64,000 nucleotides of DNA from an uncultured bacterium (GTDB lineage: Bacteria; Acidobacteriota; HRBIN11; JAKEFK01). A program made the translations under genes and the position numbers. The notes beneath the pieces were generated by a model. It worked only from the letters and a program-made list of their open reading frames with translations, did no database searches and was not told the origin of the DNA. Every line of letters starts with the position of its first letter. Within the stretch, counting starts at the first letter, position 1. Location: NCBI GenBank assembly GCA_963777505.1, contig CAVZQN010000007.1, positions 138,452 through 202,451 of the forward strand, given 5' to 3'. Positions 43,225 to 53,024 of the stretch are shown one piece after another.

Positions 43225-44685
43225 TCAAGGATTGAGAAACGGTTGAACGGATGAAAAGTAAAACGCTAACGCGCCATCTACGGTAGCGTTGTCTTCACCC
43301 GGCCCGCTGGAGCATGCATCGTTTGGGTTACTTCCGCATGTACCGCTGAGTTGTCCTACGATCTGCGTTGAGCTGTTGACGATCGGAGAACCGCTGCTTC
43401 CACCGTCGATGGCACCAAGCGTATCCCGGCTGTAGATTCGCTGTCCGCGGGGCCAGCCTGAACAAGTAGACGCACTGGTATCTACATCGTGTTCTGAATA
43501 AACCTGCGGACCAAAATTCGGGTTACTGACCCGAAAGAGATCGGTTCCATTGCTGTTCGCTACCGGAGCTGTGGTCCATGCCAAAAAAACGGAACCACCA
43601 GGTGGATTAGAATTCAGATGAAGCAGCGAGAAGTCTCCTTTTTTCCCTGTCGCGGAGACAGTCGCACCCTGCGTTTGAAATGACCATCCACCATTCGTTG
43701 GACAAGTCCCTTCACAGGACGAAGTAGCGAATCGCCAGTAGAAGTTGACGTTCCTGGCATTGTTGTTTTTGCTAACGCAATGATTCGCTGTGAGGAAAAA
43801 GTTATTCTGCGATGGATTGTTGTCACTGATAAGCCCACCTGTGCAAGTGTAGAGGAATGCGCCCTGTGGCCACTCCATTTTTGCAACTGCCAGTGACAGC
43901 GTGTCGGCGATACCGCCGTAGCAAGTCGCATCCTCAACGCAGTTTATATTGTCACATGGCCAGTTCGCCAGGGGTGCATTCGGTACGAGTTTGAAAATCT
44001 CTTGCGATCCACCTGCGTATCTACGCGTAATCAAACCTGCTTGCCGAACCCGAAACGAAACTTTACTCAAGTTCGACTTTGCTGCCGCAGATGAAATGTG
44101 CAGTTGCAGGATCGCTTCCGAACCGAAAATAGTGGCGGTCCAGAATTCACCTGTACGATTGGGACCCTTTCCGGTATAAGGACCATAAGCCTGACCATCC
44201 TTACTGTACAGGTAAACTTTTGTGTCGGCAGGAAGCGACATGTTTTCCACATGCAGTCTGATCGCACCTGCGTTATCCGCATTGAAAACTGCTGCCCATA
44301 CGAGACCACCGTCACGCGTTGTTGTGCGAGCGATACTTTTACCGCGAACTTCAATGCGTGGATTGATTGCCTTCACCATTCCAATTTTCAGTGGAACTGT
44401 CGATTTCGACTTTTCAATCGAGGCCGCTTCTTCCGCTGTAAACGGAACTCGAACAGCCATTGCATTGGAAGGCAAATCACCAAGTAGTTTGCCTGTTAAC
44501 TCTGCTTGTGCTGCCTTTTGCTGCTCGACAGTCAAACCTCCCGACACAAGCCGCATCGGTGAGGAAACATGCGACGCTGAATCCGCAGAGTCGGCAGCAA
44601 GCACCGAGCCTGCACCTAAGACCAACAAGACGAAAGCCATTACCGTTACGATCGATTCCAGAGAGAGAAATCGGTCAGTATTCAC
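43225..44685 (-). CDS. Secreted trypsin-like serine protease (lysyl-endopeptidase-like)
   Basis: Signal peptide; CTGGLISDN, FLTANHC (His), DFSLL (Asp), GGSSGSP (Ser). Confidence 0.88.
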   Translation of the reverse strand: MNTDRFLSLESIVTVMAFVLLVLGAGSVLAADSADSASHVSSPMRLVSGGLTVEQQKAAQAELTGKLLGDLPSNAMAVRVPFTAEEAASIEKSKSTVPLKIGMVKAINPRIEVRGKSIARTTTRDGGLVWAAVFNADNAGAIRLHVENMSLPADTKVYLYSKDGQAYGPYTGKGPNRTGEFWTATIFGSEAILQLHISSAAAKSNLSKVSFRVRQAGLITRRYAGGSQEIFKLVPNAPLANWPCDNINCVEDATCYGGIADTLSLAVAKMEWPQGAFLYTCTGGLISDNNPSQNNFFLTANHCVSKNNNARNVNFYWRFATSSCEGTCPTNGGWSFQTQGATVSATGKKGDFSLLHLNSNPPGGSVFLAWTTAPVANSNGTDLFRVSNPNFGPQVYSEHDVDTSASTCSGWPRGQRIYSRDTLGAIDGGSSGSPIVNSSTQIVGQLSGTCGSNPNDACSSGPGEDNATVDGALAFYFSSVQPFLNP

Positions 44686-44789
44686 GACCCACCTCCGTTC
44701 TATTTATTTAACCGCAGAAAAACATTTGGATAAAGAACATATTCCAATATATATAAGGAAGCTTTCTGCGCCTTCCTCCCCACAAAGCC

Positions 44790-45130
44790 ACAAAGTTATC
44801 TTTTCTCTGAGGAAGGCAGTAAAACGCGGATCCTTTCTAATGTTACGCAAAAGCGGATCTCCTTTCATTTCGGATAATCCACCATCACGTTGGACGTATG
44901 CGCGTTCCAACCATTCGAATGCTTTATCTGTCTCACCGCGGTAGGAATATACACTAACAACTTGATACGCTGAATCACCTTGGTATTTTTGGATCAGTTC
45001 TGCTAATGCGGCATCCGATTCTTTTTCTTTCCCAAATCGTGATATGCGGATGCGAGGCCCGTCAATCGAAAAGCCATATCTGGTTCACGCTGCATTTCAT
45101 CCAATGCAGCTTGAGGTTTCGACTGCGCCA
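44790..45130 (-). pseudogene. C-terminal TPR relic of a kinase/adenylate-cyclase-TPR family gene (boundaries approximate)
   Basis: SAYQVVSVYSYRGETDKAFEWLERAYVQRDGGLSEMKGDPLLRNIRKDPRF, same family tail as at 32060-32190. Confidence 0.7.
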
Positions 45131-45279
45131 GGTACACGCAGCCAAGTATGTAATGATCGAAAGTATTATTTGAAATACGCGAGAAAATGTCGACGCAGAT
45201 CGGCAGAAAAAATGATTATTTTTGGGGGACAAAGAAAGGTTATGAGTTACCGATAGATATTCAACGGGGGGAGCAACTT

Positions 45280-45975
45280 TTACTTACGCGGTTTGATCAT
45301 TTTCTCCATTTCAGCACTTATGTTTTCAATATCCATCGTTGCTTGAGTCACTTGATTTTGAGTGTTAGCGGGACGCGTAGAGGTTTTACTTAATTCCAAT
45401 CTATCCTTAGCCTGCTTCAGTTGGACCCCTTGCCTATTTCGCGTGAGGCTCGCGGATTCTGCATCGAGTTGATCTGCTTGTGCGCGGCTTTTATTATCAT
45501 CCGGACCGCTATTCGCTCGAAGGTATTCCGCCCGCTTCTGAAAACTTGCACGAACGATATTTAGCGCGGGCCATCCGCCTTTAGTTCTTGCATCGCTTAT
45601 AGCTTTCTTCAATCCTTCCGGCTCTTCACCTGTGGCAACATAACGTTGTAGTTGCTCATTCGTAATCCCATACATCTTGAGAGCCTTCTGTAGAGCAGCG
45701 CCGTCGGATTTTGGTGTTTGATTCGTAGCACGAGTTGTCCCTGTAGAAATCTTTTTGTTTGTCTGGTTGAGCAATTGCGATTGAAGTTGATTCGCCGTTA
45801 TTCCTGCTTCAGCTTTACGTAAATTGGCGGCTTCAGGTTGAAGCTTTGGCGACGCGGCTTCCTGCTGAGAATTACCTACAGGATTTTTTTGGATCTTGTC
45901 TTCTGCTGATTGCGTATCGGATCCAGCCGAATCCGGAATCCGTACTAAACCGCGAATTGATAGATCATTGCTCAT
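45280..45975 (-). CDS. Putative T3SS-like export substrate, Q/A/K-rich helical
   Basis: GGAGG RBS, MSNDLSIRG start, motif B KAEAGITANQLQSQL, no signal peptide. Confidence 0.65.
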   Translation of the reverse strand: MSNDLSIRGLVRIPDSAGSDTQSAEDKIQKNPVGNSQQEAASPKLQPEAANLRKAEAGITANQLQSQLLNQTNKKISTGTTRATNQTPKSDGAALQKALKMYGITNEQLQRYVATGEEPEGLKKAISDARTKGGWPALNIVRASFQKRAEYLRANSGPDDNKSRAQADQLDAESASLTRNRQGVQLKQAKDRLELSKTSTRPANTQNQVTQATMDIENISAEMEKMIKPRK

Positions 45976-46065
45976 GAGCGACCTCCACAATGAACTTCCC
46001 TTGTTAACAAAGACGTGCGGCGTAGCTAGTGGACGAAGACGGCTTTTTTAAAATCATTTACTTCG
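45952..46065 (-). repeat. 114-bp promoter/RBS/first-codons block, copy 1 (contains CGTCCACT-N12-CGTCTTTGTTAA at 46004..46035)
   Basis: Near-identical to 46896..47009. Confidence 0.9.
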
Positions 46066-46188
46066 GGGACGCGACCGAAATGCGAAACCATTAATCGAAT
46101 TTCATCCCCGATGGCAAAATCCGACACACATCCTATACAGCCTGACTTATAGCCGGATTAGGAATCAACTTTCTCTGAATGGTAGTAT

Positions 46189-46488
46189 TTATCTGCTCCC
46201 CAAACGCTCCTTCTTTTTCCTAACTGGCACCAAGGAAAGTTTTTTTAGATCGACACGCGAAAATGTATTCTTTTCAAGCAAATTGGAATCAACCTTTAAA
46301 ACTTTCATTTCCCCTTTCGACGCAGTTGAGAACGATCGGGCGTGATTTCGCGCCTCCTGTTCGATCTCTGATTCTTGAAATATTGGTGCACCAGGCATTG
46401 AAATCACATGATGGATATGAAGAATTTTTCCCGTCTTTTTTTCATAAACGATAAAGGACTTATCCGTTTTTAGGATTTGTGGTGTCAT
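46189..46488 (-). CDS. Hypothetical protein
   Basis: MTPQILK...IVYEKKTGKILHIHHVISMPGA; starts 2 bp after upstream stop. Confidence 0.65.
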   Translation of the reverse strand: MTPQILKTDKSFIVYEKKTGKILHIHHVISMPGAPIFQESEIEQEARNHARSFSTASKGEMKVLKVDSNLLEKNTFSRVDLKKLSLVPVRKKKERLGSR

Positions 46489-46490
46489 AT

Positions 46491-46808
46491 TTACTCCCAC
46501 CAAAACATATTCGCAAATCCTTCGAGTGATTGACTGCCTCCAGTTGCTACACCAAAGGTCACGCTTAACATGGTTTCAGAAAATACGGTATTGGGCCAAT
46601 TTGTCCATCCACCAAAATCTTTTGTTATTGTTTGTCCGTCTTTCTTGAATTTGAACGAAACAATTCCAACTTTGTGAGTACCACCTCCGCGGACATAATT
46701 TAGACCTGTTTGAGCCATGACATTTGCCGGAGGAAAATTCACTGTAAGTGAACTGATGTTCGAACCTTCAGACCAAAGAATTTTCGTTGCAGCACCAATG
46801 AGGGCCAT
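46491..46808 (-). CDS. Small beta-rich hypothetical protein
   Basis: AGGAGG RBS, 105 aa, no signal peptide. Confidence 0.7.
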   Translation of the reverse strand: MALIGAATKILWSEGSNISSLTVNFPPANVMAQTGLNYVRGGGTHKVGIVSFKFKKDGQTITKDFGGWTNWPNTVFSETMLSVTFGVATGGSQSLEGFANMFWWE

Positions 46809-46895
46809 AAATACACCTCCTGATTCTTGCTTCTACAGGTATCTTACTCCACTGTCATTCTGCGTTGCACCACGTGACCAGGTAGTTATCGATTA

Positions 46896-47009
46896 GCGAA
46901 TTGATAGATCATTGCTCATGAGCGACCTCCACAATGAACTTCCCTTGTTAACAAAGACGTGCGACGTAACTAGTGGACGATGACGACTTTTTTAGAATAA
47001 TTTACTTCG
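46896..47009 (-). repeat. 114-bp promoter block, copy 2 (box at 46948..46979; encodes MSNDLSIR* only)
   Basis: Direct repeat of 45952..46065 with a few substitutions; reading frame stops after 8 codons. Confidence 0.9.
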
Positions 47010-47144
47010 CGGCCGCGTGAGTTGCGAGAGGATCCGAATCCTTGTGAGTTGGCGGGATAAGGCAAACAAGATTTGTGGCGGGTGCGTTCTTCTGTAACGA
47101 GGATGCCTCCATCCGCATTTGAGCCAAACAAATTCGCATTAACA

Positions 47145-49223
47145 CTACGGCGTGATCTTAATTACATATCCGTCGGTAGTTCCGGTAACTCTGCGTTTCG
47201 GAGCACCAGGTGTCGTTGGGAAATTTTTCGTTAACGTACTTCCCACTACGAAAATATTTCCAGCATTATCAACAGCAACACCTGAAGCAAGGTCTGTTAA
47301 CGGCCCTCCTAAATACGAATAAAACGTCGGTTGAAAAGTGCCGGGGGCAAGTGAAAATACAAAAACTTCCCATCCGCCTTTATGCTGGGTTTGTATTGGA
47401 TTCACCAGCGGCAAATTTTTAATTAGAGTATCCCCCGTCATGTACAGTGTTCCATTCGGACTTGTCACAACATCAGTGATAATAAACGCACCCGGCCCCG
47501 TCCCACCGAAAGTCGTGGTACTTTGCCGGTTTAGATCTTGGTCAAAGAGTGTGAGGGATGCGTTTTCAAAACATGGTGTATTCGGCGCCGGCCGCGGACA
47601 AATTGTAATTAAACCAACGGACGGTGCCGCATTGATGACATTTGAATTTTCAGGTATTAACGCAGCAGTGTTAGCTAACCACATAGCGAATCCAAATTTA
47701 AAAACTTGCGGATCCTGGGTGAAAATCGCGTGCCCGAATATAATTTTGAACGGGTTAAAATCATCCTCCAAAATACCCGGTTGACTGACAATGGCTGGTG
47801 CACTCTTTGGTTTCAGCTGAAGAATATACGGCCCTTCGTTATTATCCGGACTGAGAGCCATCACATATAGATCGCCACGTTGAGTGTTTAAAGCGACAGA
47901 TGTAATTTGATCGTTTCCATTCCGGCCCACGTATGAAGAGAACACCGTTTGAAACTGAATGGAATGAACGATTGTTAGAAAACCATCCTGAAATCCTCCG
48001 CCAAATTGGTTTTGCGTAGCTTTTTTGCGCGGAAAATTCCGGGAATCTGTGTTACCGAAAAGATAAAGTCCATTTGTCATCTTGGAACCTTTACCCAATT
48101 GGACTCCGGTTACAGCATCTCTGCCGCTTCCGCCAATAAAACTCGATCGCATGATCGTGCCATTTGCCGCGAGCTTTACAATAAAACCATCGGCACTTCC
48201 TCCGTAGTTTGGCTGAAATGCTCCTGCGATTGGAAAATCACGTGATGATGTGCTTCCACCAACAAAACAAATTCCTGCAGGATTGACCGCAATCGAGGCT
48301 GCACTTTCACCAGAATTGCCAACTAAAAATGTTGTCCAGAGTAATGCACCTGCCGGACTGAACTTGTGTACGAATCCATCGCCGTTTCCAGGAATCCGCG
48401 TATTCGCTTCCGTGTATCCAACGACATAAAAATTGCCTTTCGTATCCACCGCAACATCGATTGCAATATCAAATGTGTTGCCACCCAACAACGTTCCAAA
48501 TCCAATTTTAGGATCGATGATCAGCGTCTTGTTGCGATCATAGGAACCGAGTTCAAATTCTATTTTGTGGTCCGCTGCAATTTTATATTGCGATGCTATC
48601 TCTGATCGGCCTTTGCATTCCTGCCATTCATAAGAATCACATTGATACGCGACAGCCGCCATCATCGTAAATTGATTCGTCCCAATGGAAATCTTTAAAT
48701 CACCTGAATCATCAATTGAAATTTGATCGGCACCTTTCAGGTTCAGAAGAATCTGTGATGGATCTGATCCAGGAGCAACTACAAAATCAAATTCTATGAG
48801 CCCCTCATTTTCGTAAAATAACCAATCAATGCCAGCATAAATACTTTTATAGATTGAGGATTCAAATGCAGGTACATCCGTCATCCAGTTCGATGGATCG
48901 TTCCCGCTGTAATAGTTGATCCTTGATTTTGTAGATCCAACGTGTTTCACGATGGGATTGGATTGAGAACCCTCAAGTGAGATTCCAAGTTCTGATTGGC
49001 TTCCATCTTCATTGCGAAAGATGAACTGCGCCTGATGCGCAGATAACAAAGTTTTATAGGCAGATCCGCGAGCAAAGTACTTTACAGACGGAGGCTCCTG
49101 TCCAATGTTTTTTTCAAACAGGATCGGTGTACGCATCTGCTGGATTTGCGATGCAAAAACGAAATTTGTAAGACATACAAACACAAATAGACACAACACG
49201 AACGCTGGTTTCTTGTGGTACAT
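47145..49223 (-). CDS. Secreted SBBP (beta-propeller) repeat protein
   Basis: Signal peptide; PILFEKNIGQ, YAGIDWLFY..EFDFVVAPGSDP, YDRNKTLIIDP, VAVDTKGNFYVVG repeats. Confidence 0.88.
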   Translation of the reverse strand: MYHKKPAFVLCLFVFVCLTNFVFASQIQQMRTPILFEKNIGQEPPSVKYFARGSAYKTLLSAHQAQFIFRNEDGSQSELGISLEGSQSNPIVKHVGSTKSRINYYSGNDPSNWMTDVPAFESSIYKSIYAGIDWLFYENEGLIEFDFVVAPGSDPSQILLNLKGADQISIDDSGDLKISIGTNQFTMMAAVAYQCDSYEWQECKGRSEIASQYKIAADHKIEFELGSYDRNKTLIIDPKIGFGTLLGGNTFDIAIDVAVDTKGNFYVVGYTEANTRIPGNGDGFVHKFSPAGALLWTTFLVGNSGESAASIAVNPAGICFVGGSTSSRDFPIAGAFQPNYGGSADGFIVKLAANGTIMRSSFIGGSGRDAVTGVQLGKGSKMTNGLYLFGNTDSRNFPRKKATQNQFGGGFQDGFLTIVHSIQFQTVFSSYVGRNGNDQITSVALNTQRGDLYVMALSPDNNEGPYILQLKPKSAPAIVSQPGILEDDFNPFKIIFGHAIFTQDPQVFKFGFAMWLANTAALIPENSNVINAAPSVGLITICPRPAPNTPCFENASLTLFDQDLNRQSTTTFGGTGPGAFIITDVVTSPNGTLYMTGDTLIKNLPLVNPIQTQHKGGWEVFVFSLAPGTFQPTFYSYLGGPLTDLASGVAVDNAGNIFVVGSTLTKNFPTTPGAPKRRVTGTTDGYVIKITP

Positions 49224-49379
49224 GGACTACACTCCCTCACTCTCTTTGGTAACTAGATTATCATACTCTCAGCTTCTTCCCACGATGTATCATTTAAAAT
49301 AGGGATTGAAAACTCTTCGTTAGATGTCTGATTAAGAGTTTCATTGCCTGCTACGACTCACAGGGTACATAATAACTTC

Positions 49380-52300
49380 ATGGAACGCAGCAAATCGGGT
49401 GATCACCCTTCAGAACCTGCTGAATCCAACAGCAATTTAGATGACGGTGAATCCTTTCAAGTTGAAGACTTGCCGACGCAAAGTGGAAGGATCGATACCT
49501 TCCAGCCTCATCAGGATGCAACAAAACCGTCACACTTCGGCCGATATGAAATAAAGAAAAGAATTGGAGCCGGAGGAATGGGTGAGGTTTATCTTGCATA
49601 CGACACCGTATTGAAAAGATTGGTAGCACTAAAACTCCTTTACGGAAACAATCCCGTCTTAGTCCGAAGATTCCTTCAAGAAGCGAGAACACAAGCGAAA
49701 GTAGAACATGAATCCATTTGCAGGGTCTATGAAGCCAGTGAAGAAAATGGTCGGAATTTCATTGCTATGCAATTCATCAACGGAAGGACTTTCACGAATG
49801 TTCTGGCGGAGATGAACTTGGATCAAAAGTTACTCGTAATCAGACAGGTGGCTGATGCGCTTCATGCCGCTCACGTAATCGGATTAGTTCACCGGGATGT
49901 AAAACCCGCCAACATCATGGTGGAGAAAAAAGAAGAAGAGGTTTGGAAGCCATATGTACTTGATTTCGGTCTGGCCCGCGAAAATGACGAACCTAGAATG
50001 ACTTTGAGCGGTGTCGTAATGGGTACTCCATATTATATGGCTCCCGAGCAAGCTACCGAAGGTACCCCTCAGCTGGATGGCCGCACCGATGTTTACTCCT
50101 TAGGTGCAACTCTATATGAGGCTCTCAGTGGGAAAACTGTTTTTGAGGGCAGCACTGCAATAGAAATTTTGAAGAAGGTAGCAAACGATAATCCCGTTCC
50201 TTTGCATGTCCTTAATCCTAGTATTCCGTTCGAAGTAGAAACCATTGTAATGAAATGTTTGGAGAAAGAGCCGGACAGACGATATCAAACTGCTGAAGCA
50301 CTTTCCGAAGATTTGCGACGTTATATGAATCACGAGCCTATTCATGCGCGACCTTCGACATGGTCGTACCGTTTGAGCAAGAAAGCCAAAAAACACAAAT
50401 CGATTGTTGCGATTGTTAGTATCGCGGTACTGGTAACGGTGGCATTATCAGGTTTACTATTTTGGACGCAATGGAAAGCTCGGCGTCAAGCGCATTATGC
50501 AGCAAAGTTCGGCAATGAGGCACGGTTCATTGAAACAACCGTTCACAGTATCTTCAGTGCCCCGTTGCATAATGTTCGGCCCCCGCTAGAACAACTTCGG
50601 GCGCGCATCGTTCGTATGGAGAAAGAAATACAAAATGAAGGAGCGTTGGCGCACGGACCGGGATACGACGCACTGGGAATTGGTTATCTTGCGCTGAGAG
50701 ATTATGGAAAAGCGAAAGAATGTTTGGACAAGGCTTGGAAGTCAGGATACCGTGAGCCTTCTACTGCATTTGCTTTGGGAAAGGTATATGGATTCCATTA
50801 TCAGAAAGCTTTAATTCAAGCATCGCGCCTTCCGGGAAAAACGCTACAGGATCGAGCTAAGAAAGAAGCTGAAACACTATACGCAAAAACGGCCACCACG
50901 TATTTGAATCTAGCCCAAGGGCATGTTGAATCTCCTAATTATGTAGAAGGACTGATTGCACTCTATAACAAACGTTATTCTGAAGCGTTAGAGAAGGCTG
51001 CCCTTGCTTCTGTACAAGTCAGCTGGCCTTATGAGGCAAAAAAACTTCAAGGGGATGTTCAGATGGCTCTCGCAGCGGAACAAGTCCAGCAAGAAAATTT
51101 TGGCGGAGCCGTTCACAGCATCCGTCAAGCTGGAAAGTCCTATGCTGAGGCAATAGAGTTTGCACGAAGTTCAGAGGAAGCCTACCTGGCTTATGCCGAC
51201 CATTGGCTTGCCTTACTAAAAATTCAAACACACGCTGGTGGATCCGTTGATACGTATTTCAAGGACGCCCTCCAAAGTTGTGAGCGCGCACTTATAACAG
51301 ATCCCGATGGCGGTGGCGGATATCTTTGCAAATCCAATGCTTATTTTGAATACGGCCGTTATCAACAGGACAGGGCTTCATCATCAGCAAGCGAGACTTT
51401 GCTGAATTCCGCACGGATGGCAGAGATAGCAGCTTCAAAGCGGCCTAATGTAGAAGCAATTTCGAAAGCCGGAACTGCTTATTTCCGAATCGCAGAGCAT
51501 CAACTTGCAACCGGTATCGATCCGCAGCCAGCTTTGAAAAATTCAATCACCAGTTCGGAACGCGCATTACAATTGGATCCTCAATATAACGAAGCATATT
51601 ACAATCTCGCGGCTGCATACTTCTTTCAAGGCGATTACGAATTGAATCATGGACAGAATCCGATGGCTTCTCTGCAAAAAGTGATCGAAATTTTTAACTC
51701 GAAACTGGAAGGAGGAGCCCCAACTGAATATGACCGGAATAATATTGGGCTCGCTCATCTTGATATCGGTATCTACCACCTTTGGCGTGGTGAAGATCCA
51801 CGTCCACATCTTCAGAAAGCGATTGAACAGTATCGTAAAGCGCTGGAGGTTAATCCCAAAGCTGTTGCTGTCAGTATGAATCTAGGCCTTGCCTATTTTT
51901 TCTTAGCGGCATATGAAATCGAACATGGTTTGGACCCTACTCCGAATTTAAAGGAAGCCTATCGTGCTTACGACCTACCCACCGCGAACCAGGACAGTCC
52001 TCACGCTCACACCAACAAGGCATCCGTTTTACTGCTAGAAGCCGAATATAAAATCCTTTTGAAACAAAATCCGGACATCAACCTAAAGAATGCATGGGAA
52101 CAAACAGAGCTGGCTCTCAAAAATAATCCACAGCTGCCTTATGCTTTAGTTAATTCCGGCTATGCGTATGTTCTTCGTGGCCAATATGAACTGATGATGA
52201 AAAAGGATGCCATGTCTTCTATACAGGAAGCGCGCAAGATTCTTAAGCAAGCAATCGGGCTGGATCCTACATTTTCTGAGAGTCATAGTCTTTTAGCTGA

Positions 52301-52754
52301 GACAGAGCTGTTACAAGTCAGACAATTCATTTTACAGAACAAATCACCAGCTACTTATCTTGTTGCAGCGAAAGAATCAGCCGGAAAAGCGATTGAGCTC
52401 AACCCATTGCAAAGCGTTGGTTTTCGGATTCGCGCAGAGGTGGATTGTTGGGAAAGTGACTGGTTGATCCGGAACAACAAACCGGCCGCAAATACAATCG
52501 CCTCAGGATTGCAATGGATCGAAAAAGGCAAAAAGCAAAACCCTAAAGATGCAGAAATGATTGCACTGGAAGGTGTCTTTCACCTACTTACCTCAAAGCA
52601 GGCGATAAACAATGAGAAGGCACAAGAAGATGTTGAGAAAGCACTGAATTGCTTTCAGCGTGCTTTTCAGTTGAACCCTCTCATTCAGCAACATTACGAG
52701 CCTCAATACCTCGAAGCGTTAAACTCAAAGGCTACCAACCCAATCGAATCCTAG
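49380..52754 (+). CDS. Membrane Ser/Thr protein kinase with long TPR sensor region
   Basis: GAGGMGEVY, VALK, HRDVKPANIM, DFGLA, GTPYYMAPEQ; TM; TPRs; paralog of 674..4076. Confidence 0.93.
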   Translation: MERSKSGDHPSEPAESNSNLDDGESFQVEDLPTQSGRIDTFQPHQDATKPSHFGRYEIKKRIGAGGMGEVYLAYDTVLKRLVALKLLYGNNPVLVRRFLQEARTQAKVEHESICRVYEASEENGRNFIAMQFINGRTFTNVLAEMNLDQKLLVIRQVADALHAAHVIGLVHRDVKPANIMVEKKEEEVWKPYVLDFGLARENDEPRMTLSGVVMGTPYYMAPEQATEGTPQLDGRTDVYSLGATLYEALSGKTVFEGSTAIEILKKVANDNPVPLHVLNPSIPFEVETIVMKCLEKEPDRRYQTAEALSEDLRRYMNHEPIHARPSTWSYRLSKKAKKHKSIVAIVSIAVLVTVALSGLLFWTQWKARRQAHYAAKFGNEARFIETTVHSIFSAPLHNVRPPLEQLRARIVRMEKEIQNEGALAHGPGYDALGIGYLALRDYGKAKECLDKAWKSGYREPSTAFALGKVYGFHYQKALIQASRLPGKTLQDRAKKEAETLYAKTATTYLNLAQGHVESPNYVEGLIALYNKRYSEALEKAALASVQVSWPYEAKKLQGDVQMALAAEQVQQENFGGAVHSIRQAGKSYAEAIEFARSSEEAYLAYADHWLALLKIQTHAGGSVDTYFKDALQSCERALITDPDGGGGYLCKSNAYFEYGRYQQDRASSSASETLLNSARMAEIAASKRPNVEAISKAGTAYFRIAEHQLATGIDPQPALKNSITSSERALQLDPQYNEAYYNLAAAYFFQGDYELNHGQNPMASLQKVIEIFNSKLEGGAPTEYDRNNIGLAHLDIGIYHLWRGEDPRPHLQKAIEQYRKALEVNPKAVAVSMNLGLAYFFLAAYEIEHGLDPTPNLKEAYRAYDLPTANQDSPHAHTNKASVLLLEAEYKILLKQNPDINLKNAWEQTELALKNNPQLPYALVNSGYAYVLRGQYELMMKKDAMSSIQEARKILKQAIGLDPTFSESHSLLAETELLQVRQFILQNKSPATYLVAAKESAGKAIELNPLQSVGFRIRAEVDCWESDWLIRNNKPAANTIASGLQWIEKGKKQNPKDAEMIALEGVFHLLTSKQAINNEKAQEDVEKALNCFQRAFQLNPLIQQHYEPQYLEALNSKATNPIES

Positions 52755-52922
52755 AGCAGCTATTTTTTTGTAGCATTTTTGTTCAAACGCGGCTTATTCT
52801 TCCCCTTCTCGAGAATAAAAAATCTTACAAAATCCGCTTTTTTAATACTTAGTCAGTCGTTCCGCATTTTTGCTAAAGACGTGATCGCCGTTTTGCGACC
52901 CTCCATTGAACATTTATGCTCG

Positions 52923-52950
52923 GAAACTTCAACAGAATTAGTTCCGATAA
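52923..52950 (+). promoter_or_regulatory. sigma28/FliA-like promoter
   Basis: GAAACTTC-N12-TCCGATAA, about 75 bp upstream of ATG 53025; same -10 as at 6674. Confidence 0.5.
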
Positions 52951-53024
52951 CTATCGCGATGAATGAAACGGTTCCGGTGCAAAGCAGCGGAACGAAACTT
53001 AAACAACCAATGGAGGATGTCAAA

